From the NCBI GenBank assembly GCA_904502015.1, contig CAJGEA010000001.1:1-61315 (forward strand): a stretch of DNA of 61,315 bases, given 5' to 3'. The position numbers and the translations under genes were made by a program. The DNA comes from an uncultured Clostridia bacterium. Lineage in GTDB: Bacteria > Bacillota > Clostridia > Oscillospirales > CAG-272. Numbering within the stretch: position 1 is the first letter of the stretch; each line of letters opens with the position of its first letter. The notes under the pieces are model-generated. The model was given only the letters and a program-made list of their open reading frames with translations, was not told where the DNA came from and did no database searches. Below are positions 9,017 to 19,258 of this stretch, one piece after another.

Positions 9017-10195
9017 ATGAAACATTCCTATCCCGATTTTATCGTTCTTGGCTCGACAGGATCGGTTGGTGAGCAGGCTATGGACGTAGCGCGTGCCCAC
9101 GGCATCCGTGTACGCGGTATCTCTGCCCATCGGAGCGTGGACACCGTGGAGGCACAAGTGCGCCGCCATCTGCCCGATTTCGCCGTTTTGACCGACGAGC
9201 ATGCTGCCCGTGATCTCCGCGCTCGCCTTGCCGATACCTCGGTACGGGTTCTTTCGGGCTTTGAGGGGATCACCGAAATGCTCCATACCGTCCGCGTGGA
9301 TAACCCCCTTGGCCTCACCGTGGAGAATTCCATTTTGGGTCAAGCGGGACTTTTACCCACGCTGGAAACCCTGCGCGCGGGGCACAAGCTCGCTTTGGCC
9401 AATAAGGAGTCCCTTGTCGTAGGTGGCGAGATCGTCATGTCCCTTGCGCGTGAGCGAGGCGTGGATATTCTGCCCGTGGACAGCGAGCATTGCGCCATAT
9501 TCCAATGCCTGCGCGCCGGTCGCCGTGAGGAGATCAAGCGCATCCTGCTGACCGCTTCGGGCGGTCCGTTCTACGGCTATACCAAGGAACAGCTTGAGTC
9601 TGTTACCAAGGCGCAGACACTCAACCACCCCACGTGGAAGATGGGGGCCAAGATCACGGTGGACAGTGCCACCCTGATGAACAAGGGCTTTGAGGTCATT
9701 GAGGCGGTACATCTCTTCGGTGTCAGTGCCGAGCAGGTCAAGGTTGTGGTGCATCGGGAGAGCATGATTCATTCTATGGTGGAATATATTGACCATAGTA
9801 TCATTGCCCAGCTCTCCATGCCCGATATGCGCCATTGCGTGCAGTACGCCCTGACACACCCCAATCGTACCGATGCGGGCGATACCCTGCAGGAGACCGA
9901 TCTCTTTTCCATTGGCAAGCTGACCTTCTCACCGCCCGACGGCGAGGTATTTCCTCTGCTCCCTCTGGCCGTGGATTGCATTTCGCAGGGCGGTGCACTT
10001 CCCGCCGTACTCAATGCCGCCAACGAGGAGGTCGTGGCCGCATTTCTGTCCGAGCGGATCCGTTTCTGTGAGATCGCCGAGTACGTAGAGCGAACCGTTG
10101 AAGATCTGCGCCGTACCTCGTCGTGGCACACATACGAGGAGATTCTGACGGCTGACATGCTGGCCCGCGAGACCGCGCAACGCTACATGGCGTAA
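9017..10195 (+). CDS. dxr: 1-deoxy-D-xylulose-5-phosphate reductoisomerase
   Basis: LGSTGSVG, LANKESLV, DSEHCAIFQC and NKGFEVIEA motifs. Confidence 0.95.
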   Translation: MKHSYPDFIVLGSTGSVGEQAMDVARAHGIRVRGISAHRSVDTVEAQVRRHLPDFAVLTDEHAARDLRARLADTSVRVLSGFEGITEMLHTVRVDNPLGLTVENSILGQAGLLPTLETLRAGHKLALANKESLVVGGEIVMSLARERGVDILPVDSEHCAIFQCLRAGRREEIKRILLTASGGPFYGYTKEQLESVTKAQTLNHPTWKMGAKITVDSATLMNKGFEVIEAVHLFGVSAEQVKVVVHRESMIHSMVEYIDHSIIAQLSMPDMRHCVQYALTHPNRTDAGDTLQETDLFSIGKLTFSPPDGEVFPLLPLAVDCISQGGALPAVLNAANEEVVAAFLSERIRFCEIAEYVERTVEDLRRTSSWHTYEEILTADMLARETAQRYMA

Positions 10196-10248
10196 ATACC
10201 GCCATCATTCCGCATTTTTACAACCGATTTCGGAGGTAACCGTATTCC

Positions 10249-11313
10249 ATGAGTGGATTTTTCAGCTTTTTCCTATACCTGTTTCTCACGTTCTTCCTGC
10301 TTGGCATTCTGATCTTCGTACACGAGCTGGGACATTATCTCACGGCGCGCGCGTGCGGCGTCACCATACACGAGTTTGCCATCGGCATGGGCAAGCGTCT
10401 CGGCGGCTTTACGTCGAAGAAAACGGGTATCATGTATTCCTTCCGTATTCTGCCCGTGGGCGGCTACGTGGCTATGGCGGGCGAGGACGACGAGGTGGAC
10501 GATCCCAACGCCTTTAATAAAAAGAACGTATGGCAGAGAATGCTTATTCTGGTCGCGGGCGCGGGCATGAACGTGCTGACGGGCTTTCTCGCCATGCTCA
10601 TCCTTACAACAGGTATGACTCTTTCGGGCTACAAGATGCCCTCGACCCAGATCGGCGAGTTTGAGGAAGCCGCATCCAGCTACGCCAGCGGTCTTGAACT
10701 GGGCGACGTTGTTCTGAGTGTGGATGGTACGCGTGTGCATACGGGGTACGATCTCTCCTACGAGATCATGAACCAAGGCTACGAGCCCATTGATGTGGTA
10801 GTTCTTCGTGACGGAAATAAAATTCTCGTCCCCGACGTGGTTTTCCCCACGGGAGAATCCGAGGGAGTCATGTTCGGCGGCATGGATTTCCGTGTCGTTG
10901 CGCTGGATCATACCGTTGGAAACGTCCTCAAGGTCACGTTGTTCCGTTCCACGTCCGCCATCAAAATGGTATTCGACTCCATCGGCGGTATCATTTCGGG
11001 GCGGTATAGCCTCAAGAGTATGTCGGGCCCCATTGGCGTCAGCAGTGCCGTATCTGAGGTGGCTACCCAGCCCATGGCGGTTTGGAACATTATGTACTTG
11101 TTCGCGCTGATCGCTATGAATCTGGGCGTAATGAACCTCTTGCCCATCCCCGCGCTGGATGGAGGTCGATTGTTCTTCCGTTTTATCGAGGTATTACGAT
11201 TCGGTAAGCCCGTGAAGCCCGAGATTGAGGCAAGAATTCACGGTGCCGGCATGGCGCTTCTGCTCTTGTTCACCGCCGTGATCGCACTGAAGGATGTTTT
11301 CGTTATGCTTTGA
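10249..11313 (+). CDS. rseP: RIP metalloprotease RseP (site-2 protease, M50)
   Basis: HELGHY zinc motif in TM1, a central PDZ-like segment, and NLLPIPALDGG near the C-terminus. Confidence 0.85.
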   Translation: MSGFFSFFLYLFLTFFLLGILIFVHELGHYLTARACGVTIHEFAIGMGKRLGGFTSKKTGIMYSFRILPVGGYVAMAGEDDEVDDPNAFNKKNVWQRMLILVAGAGMNVLTGFLAMLILTTGMTLSGYKMPSTQIGEFEEAASSYASGLELGDVVLSVDGTRVHTGYDLSYEIMNQGYEPIDVVVLRDGNKILVPDVVFPTGESEGVMFGGMDFRVVALDHTVGNVLKVTLFRSTSAIKMVFDSIGGIISGRYSLKSMSGPIGVSSAVSEVATQPMAVWNIMYLFALIAMNLGVMNLLPIPALDGGRLFFRFIEVLRFGKPVKPEIEARIHGAGMALLLLFTAVIALKDVFVML

Positions 11314-11330
11314 GAAAGGTTCGGTACGCT

Positions 11331-12413
11331 ATGAACTATAATGATATTCGCCGAGTAGCCCGCGAGGTGTCGATCGGCCGTGTTAAGATTGGCGGCCAAA
11401 ATCCCCTCGCTATCCAATCCATGACCAATACCGATACCCACGACGCCGCCGCAACCATCGCGCAGATCCGTGAGCTTGCCGCGGCGGGGTGTGACATTGT
11501 CCGCATTACCGTGCCCGATCTCGAGGCGGCGCAAACCATTCTGGCCATCAAGGAGGCGGGAATTACTACCCCCATTGTGGCAGACATTCATTTTGACTAC
11601 CGCGTGGCGCTCAAATGCGCTGAGTACGGTGTGGATAAGATTCGCATCAATCCGGGTAACATCGGAGACGACGAGCGCGTGCGCACCGTTGCCAATGCCT
11701 GCCGCACGAGGGGGATTCCTATTCGTATCGGTGTCAACAGCGGCTCACTTGAAAAGCATATTTTAGAGAAATACGGTTCGCCAACCCCGGAGGCGCTTTG
11801 CGAAAGCGGACTTTACCATGCCGCCTTACTGGAAAAATACGACTTCGAGGATATCGTCATTTCCATCAAGGCATCCAACGTCCCCTCCATGATCGCCGCC
11901 AACCGCGTGCTGGCCGCGCGGTGCGACTACCCCCTCCACCTTGGTGTTACCGAGGCGGGCGGTGCCGAGATGGGACTTGTCAAGAGTGCCGCAGGCATCG
12001 GATCACTCCTCTGTGACGGTATCGGTGACACCTTCCGTGTGTCCCTGACCGCCGATCCCGTAAAGGAAGTGGCCGCCGCGCGAAAAATTCTAAACGCCAT
12101 TGGCGTGGAAGGGCAGTGCGGCCTTCAGATCGTATCTTGTCCCACCTGCGGACGCACCAAGATCGACCTGATCGCGCTTGCCGAGCAGTTTGAAGCGGCT
12201 GTTAAAACCGAGGGGCTCGACCAACTTCCCGTAAAGGTTGCCCTGATGGGATGCGTGGTCAACGGCCCCGGCGAGGCGCGGGAATGTGATTTCGGCATCG
12301 CGGGCGGGAAGGGCGAGGCCGTCCTCTTTGAAAAAGGACAGGTTATTGCCAAGATCGGTCAGGATGCCATTATCCCCTCGTTGATTACCAAATTAAAGCA
12401 ATACCAAGTATAA
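11331..12413 (+). CDS. ispG: 4-hydroxy-3-methylbut-2-enyl-diphosphate synthase
   Basis: IQSMTNTDT, VSCPTCGRT and GCVVNGPGE. ATG 11331 is preferred; a TTG at 11310 overlapping the rseP stop is an alternative. Confidence 0.9.
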   Translation: MNYNDIRRVAREVSIGRVKIGGQNPLAIQSMTNTDTHDAAATIAQIRELAAAGCDIVRITVPDLEAAQTILAIKEAGITTPIVADIHFDYRVALKCAEYGVDKIRINPGNIGDDERVRTVANACRTRGIPIRIGVNSGSLEKHILEKYGSPTPEALCESGLYHAALLEKYDFEDIVISIKASNVPSMIAANRVLAARCDYPLHLGVTEAGGAEMGLVKSAAGIGSLLCDGIGDTFRVSLTADPVKEVAAARKILNAIGVEGQCGLQIVSCPTCGRTKIDLIALAEQFEAAVKTEGLDQLPVKVALMGCVVNGPGEARECDFGIAGGKGEAVLFEKGQVIAKIGQDAIIPSLITKLKQYQV

Positions 12414-12509
12414 AACATAGAAAAAATAAAGATGTAAAAAGCGCCCCAACATGGAATGTGTTGTCCGCACGGCTTTCGTACAGCGTGCGGCGGGGTGCAA
12501 GGAGAAAAA

Positions 12510-15500
12510 ATGAAGACTTTGCTTGAGATCATCCACAAATATACCCCCGATGAGGACACGCGCGCCCTGCTGGAAACCGCGCAAAATCCCCGTATCAGTG
12601 CCGACAAGGAACAACGCGCTCTTCGCATCGAGGTGGATTTTCCTACCCTCGTGGAGAAAGACACGCTGTACCGCATCGAATCCGAGATTGCGGAGGCGTA
12701 TGGGCTGAACTATGTAAAATTTCTGCCGCATTACCCCCCCGAGCTGTTTTCCGCCGACTACGTCCCCGAGCTTCTCAAGGAGACCGAGCGCGTCGGCATC
12801 GTGGCGCGGGGCTTTTTCCGCACCTACCGTCACCGCTTGGACTTGGAGAGCGGTCAGCTTGCCATTGAAATTCCCTTTATTCAGGAGGGAATTATGCTCC
12901 TCGTCAACGCTCGTACACCCGATATCATGGGACGAATCATTAAGAGTGAGTTTGGTCTGGATATCGCTGTGTCGGTGGATAACAGCGAGGATCTGCAGGA
13001 TACCTACGCTACCCGTATGCAGGAGCGTATGGAGCTGCTTGACCGCAACATTTTGGAGGCCAGCCGCAACTATGACCGCGCGGTTTCCCAGCGAAATGCC
13101 GAAGGCGCATCGAACGCCGGGGATGCAAAACCCGACGAAATCAACATACTTCCTCGTGTGCAGACCTTGTTCGGGGAAGAGAAGGGCGCGGCTCATACCC
13201 CTGTGGTGCAGGACGGTAAGGTCAGAATCGGTTACATGACCTTTGATATCTCCGCCCCCGAGTACGCCATTGGCGGTGAGTTTGATATCGTCCCAACGCC
13301 CCTCTCCGCCATTGACCGCCCCCAGCGCAATCTCGTGATTCTCGGTGAGGTGTTTGGCTTTACCATGGAGGCGACCCGTGCGGGGGATAAATTCAATATT
13401 ACGTTTAACCTGACCGATAACTCCGCCTCCATCGAGGCGCGTTGCAATGGTCTGCTTCCCGATGACGCAAACGCTATCAAGGCGGTCGCGTCGAACGGCA
13501 GTGTTCTGGCTCTCCGTGGCTACTGCAAGCGCGAAATGCGCCGCGATCGCACCGAGGGTCCGGATCTGCTTTTCTACCACAACGCCATTGCTAAGATTAA
13601 AAAGGAAAGCCGCCGTGACGATGCCCCCGTCAAGCGCGTGGAGCTTCACCTACACACCCAAATGTCCACGATGGATGCCATCATCCCCCCGTCGGATGTG
13701 GTGAAGCAGGCGAACAAGTGGGGGCACCCCGCCGTGGCCATTACCGACCACGGTAACGTGCAGGCGTATCAGGATGCTATGCTCACCGCAGAAAAAATCG
13801 GTCAGAAGGTAATCTGGGGCATGGAGGCATACTTTGTTAATAACACCGCCGGCGCTCTGTACGGCGCTTGTGACCAGCCCATCAACGGTGAAGCCGTTGT
13901 TTTTGACCTTGAAACCACAGGAAAATCAAGTCAAAATGACCGCATAACCGAAATCGGTGCGGTACGCATTAAAAACGGCAAGATATTGGAATCGTTCAAT
14001 ACCTTTGTTGACCCCGAAATGCCCATTCCTTCAGAAATAACTGAGCTGACGGGTATCAGCGACGACATGGTTCGGGGCGCACCCAAGGAGGCCGAAGCGC
14101 TGGATGCCTTCTTCCGATTCCTCGGCAAGTACGATAACGGTGCAGAGGTGCTCCTGATCGCGCACAACGCCGACTTTGATACGGGCTTCATCCGCGCCGC
14201 CGCATCACGTACGGGGCGGGAATTTAACAACCCCTATCTGGACACGCTGGCGCTCTCTCGCTTCATGCTGCCCGATCTCAAGAAGCACAAGCTGGATAGC
14301 CTTGCCGACCATTACGGACTGGGAGATTTCAACCATCACCGTGCCTCGGATGATGCCGAAATACTCGCGCAGATCTTCTTCCGCATGACGCGTGAGCTGG
14401 ACGAGCAGGATATCCGTACCTTTGATAAATTGACCGCCCAAATGGCAGAGCGCACCGATCCCTTGAAGCTCCATCCCTATCATCAAGTGCTGCTGGTCAA
14501 AAATAAGATCGGACTAAAGAATCTTTACAAGCTGGTTTCTTACAGCTATCTCAAATACTACAAAAAGAACCCCCGTGTGCCCAAGACCGAGCTGGAAAAG
14601 CACCGTGAGGGCCTGATCGTGGGCGCGGCCTGCGAGGCTGGCGAGCTGATGCGCGCCATCATCGACAACAAGCCCGAGGCCGAGATCGAGGAAATTGCCA
14701 AGTTCTACGACTATCTGGAGATCCAACCCATCGTCAACAACCGTTTCCTGATCACAGACGGTAAGGCGAAGGACGATGAGGATCTTCGCAACCTCAACCG
14801 CCGTGTTGTAGCGCTGGGCGATAAGCTAGGCATTCCCGTTTGCGCGACCTGCGACGCCCATTTCATGAATCCCGAGGACGATATTTACCGTCAGATTCTC
14901 CAAGCGGGCATGAAGTTCTCGGACTACGATAAGGAGTCGGGACTGTACTACCGCACCACCGAGGAAATGCTGGAGGAGTTTGCCTATCTCGGTGAAGAAA
15001 AGGCGTTTGAAGTGGTGGTGACCAACACCAATAAGATCGCCGATATGATTGAGCCCGATATCCGTCCGTTCCCCAAGGGAACGTTCAACCCTCACATGGA
15101 CGGCGCCGACGAGGATCTGGAGCGCATCTGCTACGAAACCGCCAAGTCGCGCTACGGCGATCCTCTGCCTGCCGTGGTGGCCGACCGACTGGAAAGGGAG
15201 CTGCCCTCCATCATCAAAAACGGCTTTGCCGTCCTTTATATGATCGCACAAAAGCTGGTGGCCTACTCCGAGAGCCAAGGCTACCTCGTGGGCTCCCGTG
15301 GCTCGGTGGGCTCATCGGTGGTTGCATCGCTGGCAGGCATCTCCGAGGTTAATCCCTTGCCGCCCCACTACTGGTGTCCCGATTGCAAGTACTCCGACTT
15401 TGAAACCGCGAAGGAACTCAAAGTGTATTCGGGTTTCGACCTGCCCGACAAGAACTGCCCCGTCTGTGGCCGCAAGCTCAATTATGACGGCCACGACATT

Positions 15501-17096
15501 CCCTTTGAAACCTTCCTTGGTTTCTACGGCGACAAATCCCCCGATATCGACCTGAACTTCTCGGGCGAGGTACAGGGACGAGTCCATAAATACACCGAGG
15601 AGCTGTTCGGCGCCGAAAACGTGTTCCGTGCCGGTACCATCGGCGGTCTGGCGGACAAAACGGCCTACGGATTCGTCATGAAGTACATGGAGGGGAAGGG
15701 GATCAGCGTCAATCGCGCCGAGATCAACCGCCTGACCGCCCGTTGCATGGGCGTCAAGCGAACGACGGGACAACATCCCGGCGGCATCGTCGTTGTGCCC
15801 AAAGAGTATGAAATCTATGATTTCTGCCCCGTCCAGCACCCGGCGGACGATCCCAACTCTGACATTGTGACCACTCATTTCACCTTTGAATATCTCCACG
15901 ATACCCTCCTCAAGCTGGACGAGCTGGGACACGATATGCCAACCAAGTATAAATACCTTGAGAAGTATTCCAACACCTCGGTGCTGGACGTTCCCATGAA
16001 TGACCGCTCCATCTACGATCTCTTCTTGGGTACCGAGCCTCTGGGCGCGTCCCCCGAGGAGATCGGCTGTCCCCTTGGTACACTCGGTCTGCCCGAACTT
16101 GGCACGAACTTCGTAGTCAAGATGCTTCAGGAATGTAAGCCCCAGTCCTTCTCCGACCTGCTCCAGATCTCGGGTCTGTCGCACGGCACTGACGTGTGGA
16201 CCGGCAACGCGCAGGAGCTGATCAAGGCAGGTACTTGTACCATTTCTGAGGTTATCGGTACGCGCGACGATATCATGCTCACCCTCATCCGCTACGGCGT
16301 GGAAAAATCCCACGCATTCAAGATCATGGAAATGGTGCGTAAAGGTAAGGGACTGACTCCCGAATTTGAGCAGGAAATGATCGATGCGGGCGTTCCTGAT
16401 TGGTACATCGCCTCGTGTAAGAAGATCAAGTACATGTTCCCCAAGGCGCACGCCGCCGCCTACGATATGTCGGCCATTCGTCTCGGATGGTACAAGGTGC
16501 ATATCCCGCTCGCATTCTACTGCGCCATGTTTACCGTCAAGCCCCTGGGCTTTGACGGCGCGCTGGTTATGAAGGGTAAGCGTGCCGTAGCGGATTACAT
16601 CGCGGATATCAACAAGCGCGCGGATAAGGATAAAAAGTCGGTGTCTCCCAAAGAGCTGCAAAGCCTTCCCGTTCTGCAGCTCATCAACGAGGCGTTTGCG
16701 CGCGGTATCAAATTCCTGCCCGTGGATCTGGAAAAGTCCAGCGACGTGGAGTATCTCCCCGAGGACGGCAAGATTCGGATGCCCTTTTCGGCCTTTGACG
16801 GTGTCGGTGAGAACGCCGCTGCTAATATCGTCGCCGCGCGTGCGGAGTCGCCGATCTTCTCGGTGGAGGATCTGCGTACCCGCGCCAAGCTCACCACTGC
16901 CGTAATCGATATTCTTCGTGCCAACGGCGTTTTGGACGGATTAAACGAAACCGATCAGCTTACCATGAATTTTGGTCTGGAGCCTGTTCACGCGCCGACA
17001 CCTGCCGCATCCGCCCCAAAAGAAAAAGCCGCCAAAACCGCTGTGGCTACCGACGAAGGTGACGACGACGGAACTGTTCAAATCAGTATGTTCTGA
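12510..17096 (+). CDS. polC: DNA polymerase III PolC-type
   Basis: PHP motif VELHLHTQMS, inserted 3'-5' exonuclease (VVFDLETTG ... HRASDDAE), and polymerase core through the C-terminus. GGAGAAAAAATG start at 12510. Confidence 0.95.
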   Translation: MKTLLEIIHKYTPDEDTRALLETAQNPRISADKEQRALRIEVDFPTLVEKDTLYRIESEIAEAYGLNYVKFLPHYPPELFSADYVPELLKETERVGIVARGFFRTYRHRLDLESGQLAIEIPFIQEGIMLLVNARTPDIMGRIIKSEFGLDIAVSVDNSEDLQDTYATRMQERMELLDRNILEASRNYDRAVSQRNAEGASNAGDAKPDEINILPRVQTLFGEEKGAAHTPVVQDGKVRIGYMTFDISAPEYAIGGEFDIVPTPLSAIDRPQRNLVILGEVFGFTMEATRAGDKFNITFNLTDNSASIEARCNGLLPDDANAIKAVASNGSVLALRGYCKREMRRDRTEGPDLLFYHNAIAKIKKESRRDDAPVKRVELHLHTQMSTMDAIIPPSDVVKQANKWGHPAVAITDHGNVQAYQDAMLTAEKIGQKVIWGMEAYFVNNTAGALYGACDQPINGEAVVFDLETTGKSSQNDRITEIGAVRIKNGKILESFNTFVDPEMPIPSEITELTGISDDMVRGAPKEAEALDAFFRFLGKYDNGAEVLLIAHNADFDTGFIRAAASRTGREFNNPYLDTLALSRFMLPDLKKHKLDSLADHYGLGDFNHHRASDDAEILAQIFFRMTRELDEQDIRTFDKLTAQMAERTDPLKLHPYHQVLLVKNKIGLKNLYKLVSYSYLKYYKKNPRVPKTELEKHREGLIVGAACEAGELMRAIIDNKPEAEIEEIAKFYDYLEIQPIVNNRFLITDGKAKDDEDLRNLNRRVVALGDKLGIPVCATCDAHFMNPEDDIYRQILQAGMKFSDYDKESGLYYRTTEEMLEEFAYLGEEKAFEVVVTNTNKIADMIEPDIRPFPKGTFNPHMDGADEDLERICYETAKSRYGDPLPAVVADRLERELPSIIKNGFAVLYMIAQKLVAYSESQGYLVGSRGSVGSSVVASLAGISEVNPLPPHYWCPDCKYSDFETAKELKVYSGFDLPDKNCPVCGRKLNYDGHDIPFETFLGFYGDKSPDIDLNFSGEVQGRVHKYTEELFGAENVFRAGTIGGLADKTAYGFVMKYMEGKGISVNRAEINRLTARCMGVKRTTGQHPGGIVVVPKEYEIYDFCPVQHPADDPNSDIVTTHFTFEYLHDTLLKLDELGHDMPTKYKYLEKYSNTSVLDVPMNDRSIYDLFLGTEPLGASPEEIGCPLGTLGLPELGTNFVVKMLQECKPQSFSDLLQISGLSHGTDVWTGNAQELIKAGTCTISEVIGTRDDIMLTLIRYGVEKSHAFKIMEMVRKGKGLTPEFEQEMIDAGVPDWYIASCKKIKYMFPKAHAAAYDMSAIRLGWYKVHIPLAFYCAMFTVKPLGFDGALVMKGKRAVADYIADINKRADKDKKSVSPKELQSLPVLQLINEAFARGIKFLPVDLEKSSDVEYLPEDGKIRMPFSAFDGVGENAAANIVAARAESPIFSVEDLRTRAKLTTAVIDILRANGVLDGLNETDQLTMNFGLEPVHAPTPAASAPKEKAAKTAVATDEGDDDGTVQISMF

Positions 17097-17112
17097 GAAT
17101 ACGGAGACAATT

Positions 17113-17742
17113 ATGCATATTCCAACCTCCCCCACAACCTACATCGACGTTCTTCCCTTTGAGGACGCTCTCGTCGAAGGACTCAGACCTCACCCCGACT
17201 ATGACGTAAACAAGTGGCTGTACGTTCCCAACCGCTATGATGAATACCGTTACATACTCGGCACGAGAGGGAAGAACCCCCTCATTTGCGTGGGCATTAA
17301 CCCCTCCACCGCCGCCCCCGACAACCTTGATCCCACCTTGAAATCGGCACAGCGCATCGCTCTGGCCAACGGGTACGACAGCTTTCTCATGTTCAACGTG
17401 TACGCCCAGCGCGCCACCCGCCCTGACGATATGGAGCGGGAGCGCAACGAGTGGCTGCACGACGAGAACATGAAGGCCTTTCGTTACCTGCTTTCGCTGG
17501 CAGGCGAGCGTCCTGCCGTGTGGGCGGCGTGGGGAGCAATTATCGAAAAACGCCCCTACCTGTCGGATTGCGTTCATGAGATGGAAGCAATCGGCAGGGA
17601 AGTGGGTGCCACGTGGTACCATGCGGGCCCCCTGTCGGTTAAGGGACATCCCCACCACCCGCTGTATCTCAAAAGCGATACCGTGCTCGAGCCCTTCGAT
17701 ACCAAATCCTATCTCACGTTGATGGCGGCAGCTCGAAAATGA
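17113..17742 (+). CDS. DUF1643 family protein
   Basis: LICVGINPSTAAP ... FNVYAQRATRP ... GHPHHPLYL, as I remember the DUF1643 signature. ACGGAGA RBS; starts 17 nt after the polC stop. Confidence 0.65.
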   Translation: MHIPTSPTTYIDVLPFEDALVEGLRPHPDYDVNKWLYVPNRYDEYRYILGTRGKNPLICVGINPSTAAPDNLDPTLKSAQRIALANGYDSFLMFNVYAQRATRPDDMERERNEWLHDENMKAFRYLLSLAGERPAVWAAWGAIIEKRPYLSDCVHEMEAIGREVGATWYHAGPLSVKGHPHHPLYLKSDTVLEPFDTKSYLTLMAAARK

Positions 17743-17778
17743 TTTTTGCGCTTACGTATAATTTGCCGTCAAAATAAT

Positions 17779-17807
17779 TTGACTAAGAGCGACAGTTGTG
17801 GTATAAT
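17779..17807 (+). promoter_or_regulatory. sigma-A type promoter upstream of ruvC
   Basis: TTGACT (17779-17784), 17-nt spacer, TATAAT (17802-17807). Confidence 0.6.
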
Positions 17808-17837
17808 AAAAAATATATAATGTAAACGGAGGGCAGA

Positions 17838-18335
17838 ATGGTTATACTTGGCATTGACCCCGGGCTGGCAATCGTCGGCTGGGGCGTGATCGACTATCAG
17901 GGCTCGCGCTTTCGCACCCTTGCGTACGGCTCCATTCTCACCCCCGCGGGCATGGAAACGCCTGCGCGGCTGGCCCTCATCCATCGGGAGCTGACCGAGA
18001 TCATCAAGCAGTATAAGCCCGCCCAGATGGCGGTGGAGGAACTGTTTTTCAACACCAACATCACCACCGGTATCCGCGTTGCCGAGGCGCGCGGCGTCAT
18101 CCTCATGACGGGGCAGGAGATGGGGGTAGAGCTGTTTGAATACACTCCTCTGCAAGTCAAACAAGCGGTGGTAGGATACGGCCGCGCCGAGAAAAAGCAG
18201 GTAATCTCTATGGTTACCCGTCTCTTGGGACTCCCAACCCCCCCGAAGCCCGACGATACCGCCGACGCGCTGGCCATTGCCATTTGCCATGCGCACAGCG
18301 GATGCTCACGGCTTGCGAATTACTATAATAAATGA
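17838..18335 (+). CDS. ruvC: crossover junction endodeoxyribonuclease RuvC
   Basis: ILGIDPGLAIVGWGVI, the catalytic Glu region MAVEELFF, and DTADALAIAICH. Confidence 0.9.
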   Translation: MVILGIDPGLAIVGWGVIDYQGSRFRTLAYGSILTPAGMETPARLALIHRELTEIIKQYKPAQMAVEELFFNTNITTGIRVAEARGVILMTGQEMGVELFEYTPLQVKQAVVGYGRAEKKQVISMVTRLLGLPTPPKPDDTADALAIAICHAHSGCSRLANYYNK

Positions 18336-18360
18336 CCATCCAAAAAGGAGATAGAACGAT

Positions 18361-19242
18361 ATGTGGTGTGCCGACGGCTGGAAGGACTATGAACTGATCG
18401 ATACCTCGGACGGGGAACGCCTCGAGAAATGGGGCAAGTATATCCTCGTCCGCCCCGATCCGCAGATTATATGGAAGGATTGCGCGCGCTCCCCTCTGTG
18501 GAAGCGGGCTGACGGCGTATACCGCCGCTCCTCTACGGGAGGCGGCAAATGGGTCAAGAACGACCTGCCCGCTCAATGGCAGATCGGCTACGGCGACGGC
18601 CTCCGCTTCGTCCTGCGCCCCATGGGCTTTAAGCATACGGGACTTTTTCCCGAGCAGGCGGCAAACTGGGATTGGTTCTCGGAGATCATCCGCCGTGCCA
18701 AAGCCAAGGATCCCAACCGCACCGTGAAGGTTCTCAATCTGTTTGCCTACACGGGCGGCGCGACTATGGCGGCGGCCAAGGCAGGCGCTGCCGTGGTACA
18801 CGTGGATGCCGCCAAGGGCATCGTCGCGCAGGCCAAGGAGAATGCCGCGCTTTGCGGGCTGACCGACGCCCCTATCCGCTACATTGTGGATGACTGCAAG
18901 AAATTTGTGGAACGCGAGATCCGCCGTGGCAACCGCTACGATGGCATCATCATGGATCCTCCCTCGTACGGACGTGGGCCGGGCGGCGAGGTGTGGAAGC
19001 TGGAGGACAGCGTGGACGAGTTGGTAGGCCTTGCGGCACAACTGGTATCGGATGAAGCCCTGTTCTTCCTCATCAATTCCTATACGACGGGTCTTTCCCC
19101 CCTGACCATGACCTACCTTCTTGATCTCAAGGTCAAGAAGGTTCACGGCGGCCGTACCGAGGCAGGCGAACTGGGATTGCGTGTGAGCCAAACGGGCTCG
19201 GTGTTGCCCTGCGGTGCCAGCGCGCGTTGGGAAAGAGGCTAA
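18361..19242 (+). CDS. class I SAM-dependent methyltransferase (RlmI/YwbD-like)
   Basis: VLNLFAYTGGATMAAA (SAM motif I) and IIMDPPSYGRG (motif IV). Confidence 0.7.
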   Translation: MWCADGWKDYELIDTSDGERLEKWGKYILVRPDPQIIWKDCARSPLWKRADGVYRRSSTGGGKWVKNDLPAQWQIGYGDGLRFVLRPMGFKHTGLFPEQAANWDWFSEIIRRAKAKDPNRTVKVLNLFAYTGGATMAAAKAGAAVVHVDAAKGIVAQAKENAALCGLTDAPIRYIVDDCKKFVEREIRRGNRYDGIIMDPPSYGRGPGGEVWKLEDSVDELVGLAAQLVSDEALFFLINSYTTGLSPLTMTYLLDLKVKKVHGGRTEAGELGLRVSQTGSVLPCGASARWERG

Positions 19243-19258
19243 AAGGAGTTTATTTTAT

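Noticed and set aside
9290-9305. DnaA-box-like GTGGATAA inside dxr.
   Set aside because: It is a single 8/9 match inside a coding region. There is no cluster of boxes and no AT-rich unwinding element.
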